This document shows positions 1-14,990 of a stretch of DNA of 64,000 bases, in pieces (positions within the stretch are counted from its first letter, which is position 1; every line of letters starts with the position of its first letter). Source of the stretch: Felis catus (taxonomy: Eukaryota); contig NC_058368.1 of the NCBI RefSeq assembly GCF_018350175.1, positions 131,008,001 through 131,072,000 of the forward strand. The letters run 5' to 3'. Position numbers and translations under genes: made by a program. The notes under the pieces are model-generated. The model ran no database searches, was not told where the DNA came from, and saw nothing but the letters and a program-made list of their open reading frames with translations.

Positions 1-89
1 TAAATATATTTCTCTCCCCAACCAAATCAGACGCTCCCCAAAGACAGGGGCCATATTTTCCCCTTCCTCCTACCCATGGCACTTACTCA

Positions 90-355
90 GTATAACAGGA
101 TGTGAGGCATAATGACGCAGTGAAAACAAAATGGGCTCAGAATGCCGAGAGAGTTTTTAATTCAAACCCATGCACCTTTACTTACTAGACATGTGACTCT
201 GAAACAGTGACTACTTCTCTAGAAATGTCAATTCCTTCATCCAATTTAATGCTGATAATAGTAATTCCGCAAGGGGTCCTGTGAGCATTTAATGAAATAA
301 GCACCTAACACAGTTCCAGGCACAGTAAATACCTCAAACTTGCTCTTAACTACTG
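90..355 (+). mobile_element. MIR
   Basis: CTTACTAGACATGTGACTCTG...AGCACCTAACACAGTTCCAGGCACAGTAAATACCTCAA. Confidence 0.65.
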
Positions 356-1160
356 CTGCCAGTATACATTGATGGGGCTTAATAAAGATTTGGGTTTTTT
401 TGTGTGTTTTTTTTGAGTAAAATAGTTCGTTCGATATAAGCACCAGCTTTTGAATGTGGCAACATGGAAATCTTAGAAGAGCCAGATTCCCTGGTAAGGA
501 TCTTTTTGCCTCAGAACCCCAGAATGTTTCCAAGTGGAGTAGTGGAAATGAATTCTCTTATGGCCAGTTTGGTCGCAGAGCAAGGCAGGGCAAACCTTCC
601 AAGTCACAAGACCTGGAGATTCCTGCAGAGTGGCTCTCTGTCTCACTATGGGGTAACTTGGCAATTTCAGGAACAGGCTGTGAGCCAGCACTGCCATTTG
701 AAGCAGATAAAGCCAGTGAGCTGCTGTCTACAGCAAGGGGCTCGTCTTCTTTCCTCACTCCAGGGCTCACTCTCCTGTCCAGCTTGTCTCTCCATGTTTT
801 CCAACCATCACTTAGCCCTCCTTCCTTCCATTCTGAAATTAGGAACATTTTTCCTCAGAGAAGACAGAACCGTATTTTGTAGCTCAGGGGGCCATATTCG
901 ACTGAAACTCTATCAGGGCTGACTCTATCCCACCCTTCTCAACATTTTATCTAAAACCAAATCCTTTTTTTATTGGAGTTAGAAATTACGCACTCTTGTT
1001 GCAAATGAGGAAATAAACATCTGAGTCAACAGAAGATGGGATTGGCCCTACTGGGCAGGTTTTCCCTTAGACACAATCATCTTTCAATTTCTTAACATTC
1101 TTTACTTGTAATTCTCCTTGGTAATGACAAATGTACCTTGCTTTTATGCAACAAATGTGT

Positions 1161-1191
<31 letters not shown>

Positions 1192-1194
1192 CAA

Positions 1195-1395
1195 GGCACC
1201 TAGCTGGCTCAGTCAGTTAAGCACCCAACTCTGTATTTCAGATTAGGTCATGATTTCACAGTGTGTGCGCTGGAGCCCCACATCGGGCTCTGCCCTTATG
1301 GCACAGAACCTGCTTGGAATTCTCTGCCTCCCTCTCTCTCTGCCCCTTCCCGTCTCTCAAAAGAAATAAACATTTTAAAAAAATAAAATAAAATA
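1195..1395 (+). mobile_element. CanSINE (tRNA-derived carnivore SINE)
   Basis: GGCACCTAGCTGGCTCAGTCAGTTAAGC head, CT-rich region, AATAAA and A-rich tail. Confidence 0.9.
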
Positions 1396-4164
1396 ATTAT
1401 AGCTGAGTCATTTCATATTAACAAATAAATTATAATTCAATATTTCAAAAGGACTTCTACTTCTTAAAGAGATAGTTTTAGAATAATAATTCCTTTTATA
1501 GAATGAAAAAATAACAAAAATAATAACCCCAGATCTGTCATTTGTATAAATCTCATAGTTTGGAAGGTCTTAAGGCAAACTGTTCCTATCAGTATTGCCA
1601 ATTAGTAAAATAGTTTTAAATATTCAGGTACAACATAGGTGTGAAGTATTCTCTCTTAAATAATCTATTACATATATATGAATTGAAATATGTGGGAAGG
1701 CAAAAATAACAAAAAAAAACTTTTTTAACTTTTAACTTATAAAAGCAAGGTAGACATGTGTAGTGTGCCAATAGGCTTATTCATTGTGAATAGTCGTAGA
1801 GGGAATAGATACCTGGGACTCGTGTATAATGCATGATTAAAACAACAGAAGGGACACATAGTGGCCCAAGACATTCAGGGAAGAATTTGAGATGTTCTTA
1901 GACAAGACAGTCTGGTCTAGAAGACTTATAAACATCATGAATATTACCAGGGGATAAAAATGAACGCACTCATTAGGCCAGTATCAAGTTGGCTTGTATA
2001 TTTTCAAATGATCATTCAAATTTGAGGAAAAAAAAAAACTAAGACAGTTAAAAAAATTAGTCAAATGAGTTATTGGTCAACTTGAGTTTTACAAGTGAAC
2101 ATGTTCTTTAAGTAGAGTGACCATGCAATTTTTTAATCCAAACCAGTACACTTTTCAATGTAATTATTGAAATTTAAAAATTTTGGAAATAGTTATTGAT
2201 TAGCTCTAAAATTTGTTTTACTATATTGGTAGAGCTAGAAAACATTTTATCACAAAAGTATTTTCAAAGAAATACTTTCTAAAAACTAAAACAACACATT
2301 TTTGTATATGTTAAGGTAAGATTTGTTTAATATATTGATTATTTGAGAGTAGCTTTGTCATTCTTAGCTCACCACTCACCAGAGAACAGTAGGTAAAGAG
2401 ATGAGGAAAAAGATCAAGGAGGATGGGGCAGTGAGGAATTTGTTGGGGAGTCTTCCATTTCTCTTTCCTTCCTAAGTGATCAGGACTGCAAGAGAACCAC
2501 TCAGAAAGTTTGCCATTTCTTCCAGAGTGTTTGAGACAATCCCTGACTCATAACAGAAAAAGACAAAATTGTCACAAGGTGGCTAATTACAACATGTGAT
2601 AGCAGTAATGTGTGGCAAGTACGTTAGGAAAGGATTATGCTTCCCAAGTTTGGAAGGCCAAGAAGCATTTATTCTCCACCAACAAAGGGAACCTTCAAAA
2701 GGTAGTCAAGTCTGAGTCATACAGAAAAGGAGTCCATTCAAGAGCAAGAATCCTATGGTGGCAAAACCATTAAAGTGCCCCACAGGAACGCTGCACTTAG
2801 ACATCTGCCATGGGCCAGGCAATAATAACTGATTATTACCTCTAAACATCACCCCCAGGCCTCTCTTGGGAGGGGACTAGAACCAGCACCTACAAAGAGG
2901 ATGGGAGATAAAACATGAGAAAAGATCTATTGATCCCCCCTTTTTACTAACAGTTTTGAAGCCCGAGTCAAGGCAGAATTGAAGAATATTTTTTAATTGA
3001 AAAATATTGAAGTTTTGGTAATAAACTTGACTGGACTAATTTAATGTCTAAAAATGAATAGAAAACCAGGTGGATCTGTCCAAGATTTCGCTTAGCAGCT
3101 GGGAAGAACAATTCTGCACAGCGGATTTAAGGTTTACAGAAGCAGTACTAAGAGAGCAACAGTAACAATAATAATAAAGCTGTGTTTGTCTTGTTTGAGA
3201 CTCATTTATGTTATAATCATAATCATAATGCTAATATATGAATTTATATATCAATGTTATATATCAATGTTATTGACCTAATAAGTAGTTATTAAATGAC
3301 TGGGGTTTTTTCCTCCAAAAACTTTTGTTTAAAACCACCATTTCTCAGATTGGGGCACTCACACTCCTGGGAGGTAGAGTACTATGACAGAGAAAAACTA
3401 CAAGATTATGACTTTAAAACAAATAAATGGTCATTCCTCAGAAGGGTAGCATATTTTAGAAACATAGCTTGGTGTATGCCAGGGGCCAAGATGGTGACAG
3501 AAGAAAAAGTTATAAATAGGAGTAGAGAAGCTATTCCACGTAGCACACCTGGCAAAGAATTTTACCAATTCTTCGGTAGAAAATATTTGGAGATTTAACA
3601 TCAGAACTACACTACATATTATTATATGGCATAATTTCTATAAATATGATATCATTTTGTAAACTATTACCCAAGGCTAATTTCTTAATGTTTTTCCAGG
3701 CATTTTTATGTAATACTTTTATTGTCAATATAAAGTTGCAAACCAAAGAACTCCTTTGAATATTTTGATAAATAAACAAATGATTAAAGTCAAGATTATA
3801 GTGTCTATTGTGGGCAAAGCAGATACAGTGCAACTCCTATAAATGACTTCTAGAAATATCATCTAAAAGACCTAAATGGGGGAGGGGAGACCCTGGTCAA
3901 AACATTGCTGTAAATTTTGACTTTGTTTCATTCCTCTGCTTCAAACCTTTGGCAATAATAGACAAAATGTCATAACCTGAATATACAGCCCAGCTCCAAA
4001 GCATCATAAACATATCTATGAGCCAGAAACAAAATATAAGGTTGAATACACAAAGCCACAGGCCTGTGAGAGCTGAGACCTAGAAGTAGCGAATAGTGGC
4101 CAAGAGTTCCATGCTATAGGACAACAGGTTAACTGGAGACAAATGTGTTCTAAATGAGAAAAGG

Positions 4165-5040
4165 AGCCCTTTTTCTCTGGCTGCTTTCAAAATTCTCTCT
4201 TTGTCTTTGTCTTGTAATAGTTTGATTATGATGTGTGTAGGTGTGTGTTTCTCCGAGTTTGTCTTACTTGGGTTTTGTTGGGTTTCTTGGATGTGTAGAC
4301 TTATGTTCTCAAGTATGGCAAGTTTTGGGGCATTATTTCCTCAAATATTCTTTCTACCTCTTTCTTTCCTGTCCTCTGGAATCCCCCTAATGCATGTATT
4401 GATATGTTTTATGATATTCTACAAGTTTCTGGGACTCTCTTAATTTTTCATTTTTTTTTATTCTATTTCTCCAATTAGATAATCTCAGTTGATTGTCTTC
4501 AAGTTTACTAATTCTTTCTTCAGCAAGTTCAAAGCTGCTGTTGAATCCTTCAACAGGAAATTTTTCATCTCAATTATTATAACTTTCAACTCTAGATTAT
4601 CTATTTAGTTCTTTTTTTAAAATCAATCACTTTATTGATACTCTCTGCTTAGTAAAACATCTTTCTCATATTTTTCTTTAATTTTACTAGACACAATTTG
4701 TTCCTTAGTTCTTTGAGCATATTTAGAATAGCTGCTTTAAGTCTTTGCCTAAGAAGTTCCACATCTCGGCTTCTTTGGGAGAAGTTTCTATTGATTGTAT
4801 TGTTGTTGTCTCCTGTTTATGGGCCACACTTCTCTGTTTATTTGTGTCTCACAATTTTTGGTGAAAACTGGACAATGGAAATAATCTAATGTGGAGACTC
4901 TGGAACTCAGATTCCATCATTCCCCAGGTTTGTTGTTTCTGCTGTTTGTTGTTTTTGTTGTTTTAATTATTTGTTTAGTGACTTTTCCTGAATTACTTCT
5001 GTAAAGTCCATACTCTTTGTCATGTACAGCCAATATTATT
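4165..5040 (-). mobile_element. Old L1M fragment (ORF1 region)
   Basis: TTTTCTCTGGCTGCTTTCAAAATTCTCTCTTTGTCTTTG... parallels the reverse complement of the ORF1 ...EKILKAAR... segment seen in the young L1s of this window. Confidence 0.75.
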
Positions 5041-7714
5041 TCTGTTCAGGCCCTTGGAAATCTTGAGAATTGGTTTGACCCAAATCGTGGGCAATCTCAG
5101 AACTCCTTGAGTGTGCTCCCATTGTTTATTAGCTCCAAACCCAAGAACTCTCTCTCTGTTAACCAAAGATTCTCAAATAACACTGCAAATGTTCCTACTG
5201 CTCCCATTCTGCAGATATGTAGAATAACAGCCTTTCAAGGTATGTGATAAAGGTGGAAAAAATATTGGTGGGAGTTTGTTACTGGCTCTGAGAGAAATTG
5301 TCCCATAGAGATATGCCTATGGAGGTCAAAATAAGCCAGCAATGACTGTCATTTCAGTTGTCACCACTGCCTTTTTCCCTGCTAGTGAAGACACTAGGTT
5401 TGCAACATGGAGCTCCCAGGTCTTTCTGTGATAAAGGCAGAAGGGATGTCAGACCCTATTGTGTTATAATCCCCCAAACAATCCTGGGCAGGATAGTCAA
5501 GTTTACTTATTCACCTTTCCACAGGGCAGCTCCAACCTATAGACAGACATCTATTTTCTAACCAAGTAACGATTTACAGAGACCAGGGCTGGCTTAGACC
5601 CACATAAATATCCCTTTATCTGAAGATCATTTCATATCCTGTAACTTATCCCCTACTATACTCAGTACCGAAGAAATGGGTCATCTGATCCCTGAGACCT
5701 CCTCATTTATTGCCCCAGTCCCCTAAATACATTTGCAAATGACTTCCAGGCAAATGTGAAAGCATCTTTGTTTTTGTTTTCTGTTTTTTTGTTTTGTTTT
5801 CAGTCATAATCCTGAAGTCCTGAATGTGTGCTGGTTATAAATCTCTTCCTCATTTTCCTGAACTTAGAATGTTTTTTTCTTGAAAGAAAGAGATGATGTG
5901 GGGGCGGGGGGGGGGGGCGCGATGCGGGGGAGTGTGGAGACCTGCAGTTCCTTTCTGAACTATCATTTTATATTTCTTCCCACAGACACAAGAAGTTTTC
6001 CTTAGCCCCCTAAAGTCTTAATCACACTGGCCATTCTCAAATATGCTTTTCTCTATGCTAGTTGGAAACTGTACAAACCAGGAACCATGCTGACTTTTCA
6101 ATTTACTTTGCCCAGTTTAATTCTAGTAATTCTTGAATAGAGCCCAATCATGCTGTCTTTAGGACCAACTCTTACATTCAGCAGCTTCTCTGTAAACTAA
6201 GGGAAATGGTTCTATTCTTAGTTTACCATTTAGGAGATACATGACTACAGTTTGAGCTATTTTTATTTAGTCAAAGATTCTTACTCCTCAAAATCTAAAG
6301 GGAGTTCCTGATATCAGATGGAACACAAAAAGTGTTTTAAAAAAACTGCTTAAATAAAACTCTATGATAAGGGATCTTTCCCACATAAAACAGCTTAAAC
6401 ACCTAGACCTAGCAGAGAAAGCAGTATGTGCAAGATATTATGTTGGGAATTATGAGAAAAAGAGGGTAAAATCAAAATGGCCTGTGATCTTAAAGTATTT
6501 CCAATCAAGGTGGAGATACATGAACCTTTCATTAATTACCTTAGAAGTGTGACAAATTAATTGTTTTGAGAGCACACAGAGAAAGATCTTTTCTGACTGA
6601 GAAAATACAAAGGTACAGTCAAACAGATGGCATTTGAGTTAGATAGACCTTGATGAATGGAGGTTGGAGGGAAGTCTATAATAGCAACAACAACAAGACA
6701 CTTCAAGCTAGCTAGATAATAGCTATTTTAGGGAAATGGAAAGGCTGGAAATGGTGGGAATAATACCACAGAAATGGAGTATAATACTTGTGTCGGGGCA
6801 GTGTGAGATACAGTTTGTACTCAGATGTTATGGGGCATTCATTTATTCATTCAATAAATACAAATTAGCAGCTCTTAATTGCCAGGCATCATACTTGAGG
6901 AGACAGAAGCCAAAGGAAGAAAAGAAAAGAAAAGAGAAAAGAAAAGAAAAAAGACATGACTCCACCCAGAGGAATTTGATAGACCAGAAGGAAAACATAT
7001 GTACAGAACAAAGATTATGGGCTTAAGGACAAGACTGTCAGAGAAAGACACTCTTAGGGAGTGCCATTTCGAGCCAGACATGAAGCATATGTGGCAAAGG
7101 GAGGAAGAAGAAGGGGAAGCTGTAACCTACCAGGCTGAGAAAACTGCCTTTGAAAAAGGCCCAGAACTTAACTGCAAATTGGGACCTAAAATAAGACTTA
7201 AGATCATGGAGACTCAATAGTAAAGGAGAATGAAATAAATTCCCAAGTAAGCAGAACCATTTGAATCCTCATTTTTATTAACCTATTCATGATAGAATAG
7301 CTTGAATTCTCAAATATCTGCATATAAATTTTAATTTTGTTCATATTTTTATTCTCCTATTCCTAGTTAGTAGTTTAAGAATACCCTTATTTTTATTGCT
7401 TATAACTTTTTAGGAACACTATGGTGATAGGAAACTTTTTCATATAAAATTTGGTAACTTGGAGCTGATTTTTTTTAGCAATTAGACAACAGGAAACCTA
7501 TCTTGTTTTTAAAGAGGCTAAGATAAAAAGGCTAAGATAGTAGGGCATAAGAGAATCTGGCTTAGCTGAAGTATTTTCTCAGAAAACAGAAAGAAGTTAA
7601 TATTCTAAAGAAAGAGAAATTAATAAAACTCCAATTTATATGTTCATTATGGGGGGGAAGGAGTTATAAATCTGAATCCGAATGTATTCCTTTAAGGCAT
7701 GACCTTGATATATC

Positions 7715-8200
7715 ATTCAATACTCATTCTAAAAATATTATTGAATACACCTATTTTTTGACCATGCACTGCAATGGACACCAGAGACACACTAATTTTT
7801 AAAGAAGGAAAACAAAACAATACAAAACAGACATAACACTTCTTTTCATGGAGCCTATGGCATCATGGAAGGGACAGAAACTAACAAAACACTTAGAAAA
7901 ATAAATGTAAAACTGTTATTGTGCAGAGTGTCATGAAGAAGAAGCCCATAGTGATAAAAATGCATTTAAGAAGGCTATTGGATATAGTCAGAGAGATTAA
8001 GGAAGGCTTTCTTAGGGCAGGCGTAATTGACTTGAGAGGTAAATAATGAGAACGATATAACTAGGCATAGAGGAGAAGCAGCTGCATTTGAGACAGAGTG
8101 ATCGATAAGTGCAAAGGCCCTTTGTCAGGACCAAACATGACAAATGCTTAGAACTGAAAGAAAACCATGAGTAAGCCAAGAGTGGATGTGAGTAAACCAG
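7715..8200 (-). mobile_element. L2 relic
   Basis: TCATTCAA...TATTGAATACACCTA... and GGAAGGCTTT...GTGCAAAGGCCC motifs. Confidence 0.6.
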
Positions 8201-8589
8201 ATAGAAAATACACAGTCAGGACAAGAGATAATGGTGATTTATACGAGGGTATCAGTGGAATCAAGATGGACAGAAGCAGTCAGATTAGTGACAGCTTTTT
8301 CCATTCAAGACCTTTGACTGTGAACTGTCTCTACGTCTCCTCTATACTTCCTTAAGAGGCGAAGTAAACCCTGGATAATTGTGGAGAAGGTCATGCCACT
8401 CTAACAGAATCCAGGGCAACCCAATTCTAATGATGAGAAAAGAGATACATGAAATTATTACAGTGGTAGTCAGGGACAGGTCATAAAAAGCTACATGAAC
8501 CATGTTTAAGACATATGTATTTTATTTTAAGGGCAATGGAGAGCCAACAAAGAAGGGTAAGCAGAGAAGAGGTATAATCAAATTTTATC

Positions 8590-8802
8590 TTTTTTTAACA
8601 TTTATTTATTTTGATAGAGACAGAGAGAGAAAGCACACAAACTGGGTAGGGTCAGAGAGAGAGGGGGAGAGAGAATCTCAAGCAGGGTCTGCACCAGCAG
8701 CGTTGCACCCAATACAGGCCTTGACCCCATGAACTGTGAGATCATGGCCAGAGCTGAAACCAAGAGTCGGACGCTTAACCGACTGAGCCACCCAGGCACC
8801 CC
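8590..8802 (-). mobile_element. CanSINE
   Basis: Reverse-oriented SINE; TSD CAAATTTTATC. Confidence 0.93.
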
Positions 8803-10340
8803 GCAAATTTTATCGTCTAATAAATATATAAGTTCTTACTTTATTGCTAGACATAGGGAACTACTGAAGAGTTTTTGGCATAATAGGCTTTGGGGAAAAT
8901 TAATCTCTCAATATTATGAAGGTCTATAGTTGCATATAGAGAAGCTAGTAACAAGAGAAACAATTGAAAAGCTATTTTGATGGTCTGAGAGTGAGGTGAT
9001 AAGTGATAGAAACTGAGTAAAAATGAAAACATAAAAATGAAAACTTTTTTTTTTTTAAGAATAAGGGATGGAGATTCAGGAGACAGATCACTGATTTTTC
9101 TTCAGAAGCTTATACAAGGGTTTGTCACGGTATGTGACAATGCGCCAAAATATGATCCTGATAACTAAGAAAGATTAAGGCAATGTACTTAAATGCACAC
9201 ATCCTCTCTAACGACATCAATTTGTCACTGCAAGCCTAAGAGTACGCAGTAAATTTGGTAGCTCCATTTTTATTTTAAAGTGAACACATTGCTACCATTT
9301 GGGTGTGGAGTTTGGCTAAATCGAGTTGGCAGGGAGGACTGGATTTCTGTGGATTCAGCCCATCTCTTAGATGCCAGAGAAGTGGGAGTCCATAATTCAG
9401 TAACAAAGAGATTTAGTGAAATTGCTTTATGGGCGAGAACAGCTTCATGAAGGGAGACCTGGAGCAAATGCCAAGTGCCTCAGAGCCTGCAAAAGGACTT
9501 TTCATCACAATCCGCCTGAAGAAAACTTGCATCGAGCACTGAGCTGTACCACCCCTCCCGCTGCCAGAATCAAGCAGTGCGTCTAAAATTTGAGGTAAAT
9601 GAGAAGTCCCTTTGAGTTTCAATTTCAGAAATGAAGGTTTCCCTGAACGCTACAGGAGCAGAAGAATATCCAGAATTCTTAGGAAGGCATTTGGGCAGCC
9701 CTTTCCTGGGCTCTGCCTCATAGATATGGGATAGAGGAAGTCACAGCCCTACATTTCTAGGTGAGTCTCAGACTCTTTCCCATAGCCAGTGGCCTCCTGA
9801 GAGCCATTTGTGGCCTGCTGGTCCTATTTTCCTATCCGCGGTTCCACATCAAACAGGGATTTGCCTAAGAAGATTACCTTGGCAGGATTTCTCTTGGTTA
9901 GATATTTTTAAAATCTCCTTTAAAGAAATACAAAATTATATTTGCGAGGGGAAAATTGCTACTCCACAGGTTCAGTAACCGCTGTATATTTACAATGCTT
10001 TAATACCATAGGAACTCACCAACAAAATCATGGGGAACTCATTCTCAGTGGTGAGTTGGATGAATTTCCTTTATACTCCTTCTTCACTAAACAGGCAAAC
10101 AAAGAACATTAAAACAACATTTGAGGTGTAAGTTGCTATGGTCGCATTCTAAAACAAAAAAGAAGTTTCAAATGTCCAGAAAGGAGACAAATCTTTTCCA
10201 AAGATTACACTTGCAGGGAAGAATGTGGTTGTTCCATAGTCAAAAAACACTAAATTCTGTGTTTGAGCAAGTTTTTTTTTAAATGATATTCTAATATAGT
10301 ACCCAGTTGAAATAGTTTTTTAAAAATAATAAACGTCAAT

Positions 10341-10556
10341 GGGGCGCCTGGGTGGCTCAGTCAGTTGAGCGGCCAACTTCGGCTCAGGTCATGATCTCGC
10401 GGTCCGTGGGTCCGAACCCCGCGTCGGGCTCTGTGCTGACAGCTCAGAGCCTGGAGCCTGTTTCAGATTCTGTGTCTCCCTCTCTCTGACCCTCCCTCAT
10501 TCATGCTCTGTCTCTCTCGGTCTCAAAAATAAATAAACATTAAAAAAAATTAAAAA
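10341..10556 (+). mobile_element. CanSINE (SINEC_Fc-like)
   Basis: GGGGCGCCTGGGTGGCTCAGTC head; TSD AAAATAATAAACGTCAA. Confidence 0.95.
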
Positions 10557-12087
10557 AAAATAATAAACGTCAAATAGGTAGTCTTTTTTTATTAAATATA
10601 CGCTATGAAAGCATGCTTTCAGAGGTATGTAATTAAAAATGGAGCACTTAACATTTCCTGCCACTTCTCCAGACACAACTTGTTTGAGCAAGACTTTGAT
10701 TTTTCCGTAGTGAGCCTTACAGACTCTATCCCAAAAGACAGAATGTACTAAGAAATTCTCAGAGCCAGACCTCATATTAACCCCTTCATTATAAAAAAAT
10801 GGTTTAATCCATTCTCTGAACAGTTCCCCCCTAGAAATTAACTTTAAAAAAAAAAAAGAAATTACGTTATTTCCAATGATACAATATAAGCACACGCAAA
10901 CTGGAATTAAAATACATAAGTCCATTATTTAAAGTTAACTTCTTCTAAAATATGTCAATGTCAAAGTGACTGATAACTGCATGAGATGAGAGTGACAGAA
11001 ATATTAAAGTCTCTGTGTGAGCAACAAACCTAAAGGTAACTGCTGATTTGTCATAAAATGATTAAAAGCTCATTCGCAATAGACCTTTCCTTAATGTGAT
11101 TGAATTACCTCAGCTGTGCCTTCTCTATACAGGGAATTAATTGCTTGTGCTTTTCTTATGCAATAATTCCAATTAGAATCACCACCCTCAGATACCATTT
11201 GTTCAATAGCTTCCCCTTCATTGCATTCATAAAATATTTACTCTTTGATTAAATAGCTATGGCATCTTCTAGCTGTTACAGTCCTAATTTAAAGAAAATA
11301 TATATCAAAACTGTTCCAAAACATTGAACACTTTGTATTTACATTCTTGACAAAGGTGATAATGGAAAGAAGATTTTACGGTGTTTTATAAAGTGCTAAC
11401 TAAAAACAGAACTGTGTAATCAAAGGAAATTACAATGAAAGAAAACTTGAACATGTTATTCTCCCAAAGGGAGAACAGAAATTATATTTTTGGATGAGTT
11501 CAGCTTCTTCTTTTGTCAGGTAATGACTAAAAACTTGCCAGGAATAATGAGCTTTTGTTAGGTTTGTGTTAATTTTAATAGGATGATCAAATAAGTTGTT
11601 ATTCCCACTAGTCAAAGAAAAATAAAGCTGCTCCATGGCAATAGTGTTGCTTGAATATACAGCTCAGGTGGGCTTCAAATGGCATGGTGTCCAAGTTCTG
11701 TGTGATGTCAACCGCCCCCGAAAGTACCAAGTACTGAGAAAAATCCATCCGAAGTCACCTTTCTATGTTAGGAAACTCAAGTCATCGTAAATGGCCCAAT
11801 AGACCATTTGTTCATTTACCCATCCAAGCGTTCATTCATTCAAAAAGTTCATTCATTCTCTAAGGCCTTACATGTAGGTATAGTCACTGGGACATTACAA
11901 GGGCAATCAGGATAGGGTTTCTACCCTCTAGGTCTGCAAGGGAAGTCAGACTCAGGGAAAACCAATAACTATAGATGGTGAAATGGGAGCATTGACTCAT
12001 TTACCCTCTGAGAATGTGAGATTTCACAGAGGAGATAACAAATTGAGCTGTCTTAAAGAATTCCCTCTTGCTTTTTAGCCTTTCAAA

Positions 12088-12090
12088 AAT

Positions 12091-12141
<51 letters not shown>
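12088..12141. repeat. (ATTT)n microsatellite
   Basis: Read directly from the sequence. Confidence 0.95.
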
Positions 12142-14186
12142 TACACATACATATATATGTATGTATATGGCCTGCAGGAGGTAAGCAAGTAATTTAAATG
12201 AGTGAAGCCTCTGTTCTGATCTGAAGGAACAGTGATGTTCTGCTCTGTGAATTGTTACCTTGTAGGAATGATACCTCAGCAATTCTACCTCTCCCAGTTT
12301 TCTGGAACAAGCTTGAAATCCAGATTTGTAAATGCTAGTAACCAATCAAAAAATTGTAAGGCCTTGTATTGGACAAAAGAGACACCTGTAGGCTAGATCA
12401 GCCCGCTGGCCAGTGGTTTGCAACCTCTAGCTGTTCCCATCAGATTAATAGCACCCTAAAGCGACACATGGGTAAGAACTCACATACTATATTTTTAGAC
12501 TGCTTCTGTCACAAAACTAACTCCTGAGTTATTGAGACAAGTTTCTTATTTGTGGGAACTTCCTACAGAGAGCCAAGATGCTCTAGCAATGCAGCTTTTG
12601 GAAATACATGACCTAAGGGGAAAGAACTAGCTAGCGTTCGTTGTCAGAGACTTCCACTCACTGATTGAGTACTATTTTGTTTAAACATATATATTATTTC
12701 ACATGGACTAAATGGACTTTGGTGGGCACAAAGAGTTAAAGTAAGTCCAAAAGCTGAGCAATTTGCTTCTTTTAAAGCTACAGATGAGGCCCACTGGGAG
12801 CTATTCATGGAAGCAGCAAACCTGGTCCGTCTCAGTCCCACGCAGCCACCTGATTCATGTTTCTTCTCCATTAAGTACAGCCTACTTGGAGACTTAAGCA
12901 TGACTTTAGCTCAAGAGCAAGGGAGAAACACGCCATTCGTGGACAATATAGCCTCATGAGAAACAACATTACTTGAATTTTCACCAGTATAAGCAAACAA
13001 GATGGGTGCAAATTCACAGTGGAGATGCTCTTAAGTGCTCACCTGTTTTGCTGTTCCAACCTTATCGTGGTTATTAAATTTTTAGTCTTTAGAGAGGCCA
13101 CGCAAGGGGAAAAGCAGAAAATTGGCGTAACATCAAATGAGGCACAATCCTAACGCAGTTTTTGCATGATGTGCTAACATCCCACTCACACAGATGTCGC
13201 TGAAAGCAACCAGCCACAGAGGAACTGCATTCTGCAGAGATCCATACGACCGCTTCGAAACAAGATTGTATTCATGCAGAAAACAATTTCCAAGCCAGCT
13301 ATCACATTTTGGAAAGCTGTGAATATATTCTTCACTGGTGGTGCTTTAAAATTATTCTGTTTGCTTCTCCCATTAACTCTCAGGTGTTACATTTTCAAGA
13401 GCTGTTTGCAAATAATAATAATAATTTCATTTTATACCATGATACCGTTTTATTGCTATGATCACTGGAAACTAAACTAAAGTGTATCCCTTTGTGAATG
13501 ACTAAGGACTTGGTAGACACATAATATTCACTACCTTTTTGGCAGTAGTGTGGGAAAGAGTCACTCTTTGTTTACCATCAGTGTGCTCTATAGTCACTGA
13601 TGCAAACACTGATGCAAACTTTTGACACAAGTCCACTTCTAGGAATTCATCCTAAAAAAAAAAATGATTGGATGAATTATTTGTTGTAGCTAATAACGGA
13701 AAACAAATTCTCATCAATTATGTATGCATCAGTCAGTAAAACACAGAACATCCACATCATGGTATGTTCCACTCCGTGCAGTGAGGGAGATCCTTATATT
13801 TTATAATGTGAAGAGACTATGATATGTTGTAAGATGCCCATAATATATTGTAAAGGGAACACGGTAACTTGTAGAACAGTATGTGCATAGGGGGGAGGGG
13901 GGGTGTACACCTTTTCAGAGAGCTGGGGAGGGAAAAATAAGAACTGGAGAATTTCCATTCTCCTTTACTTGGGCACGTTTGAATTTTTTAAAGGATGTGT
14001 ATCCAGTTTATTGAACATGTTGAAACTGACGTTACAATAATCAAACAGTGCCTTTTCCTCCTGTTGCTTCCTTCGAACATGACCTGTGGGATTTTCCTCT
14101 CTATCTTTCATGATAGTTAGGACAGATCCTACTGTCTTTCTTGTCACTTTCAGGTATTTGAACAATTTTGTTGTCAACTTAAACAA

Positions 14187-14382
14187 TGTTTCTAAATATT
14201 TATTTATTTTTGAGACACCCAGCGCAAGCAGGGTAGGGGCAGAGAAAGTGGAAGACAGAGCATCTGAAGCAGGCTCTGTGCTGAGAGCAGTGAGCCCTGT
14301 GTGGGGCTTGAACCCAAGAACCGTGAGATCATAACCTGAGCCAAAGTTGGATGCTTAACCAACTGAGCCATCCAGGTGCCCC
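14187..14382 (-). mobile_element. CanSINE
   Basis: Reverse-oriented SINE ending CAGGTGCCCC on the plus strand. Confidence 0.9.
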
Positions 14383-14864
14383 TTGTTTTCAACTTTTCAA
14401 AGGTTTTCTCCATTATAATTCCAAACTTTTATTTGCCATCCTCATAAAGTTTCCCCTCCCCTGGCACAGTTGGGATCCCCAGTCTGGGAAAAAGAAGCAA
14501 CAAAGAAAGGGCCTAGCCCACCCTTGCATTCATTCCCCTTGTCCCACTTCTTTGGTGGTAAGCTGCCTCTCTATTCTCCAGAGTGAATATGAGGGGGAAA
14601 GAGCTGAGACAAAAAGGCAAAGCAGCTTCCTTTAGCTGGTGCAGCGTGTGTGGCCCTCTTGGCCGCCCTGCACTCCTCCGGGACAGTAGCAGCACATGGC
14701 TCTCACACTGAATGCAACCCCGGCAAGGCAAGGCCTACCGATTGCACCTTTGCCCAGAATTCCCTGGCTCACCCTTGTGAGTCACCCACAACCCATTTTC
14801 TGCTGTTTCCTCCTCACTCTTGCAGGCAGCAGCTCTCCTGAATGAGTTTTTAAAGACTGTCCAG

Positions 14865-14990
14865 GCCTAGAACTCATGTCAGTTTGCTTACATAGCCCCA
14901 GTTTATACCTGTTGCCCCAGCGTAGTCATCAAGAGCACCCCTTTCATTTCAAAAGTGTCCTGATTTGAAAAATACATCGTATGACCAATA
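14865..14990 (-). mobile_element. MER94-like hAT-Blackjack relic
   Basis: CCCCTTTCATTTCAAAAGTGTCCTGATTTG resembles the reverse of the recalled MER94 consensus. Confidence 0.5.

Noticed and set aside
454..922. Overlapping 142 and 152 aa ORFs
   Set aside because: No recognisable domain or splice structure; probably chance ORFs.
11040..11290. TAAT/ATTA-rich stretch suggestive of a conserved enhancer
   Set aside because: Cannot be distinguished from AT-rich background without conservation data.
13189..13340. Minus-strand open segment ending at TGT|gtgagt
   Set aside because: Poor acceptor, two frames open and no recognisable protein; not enough support.
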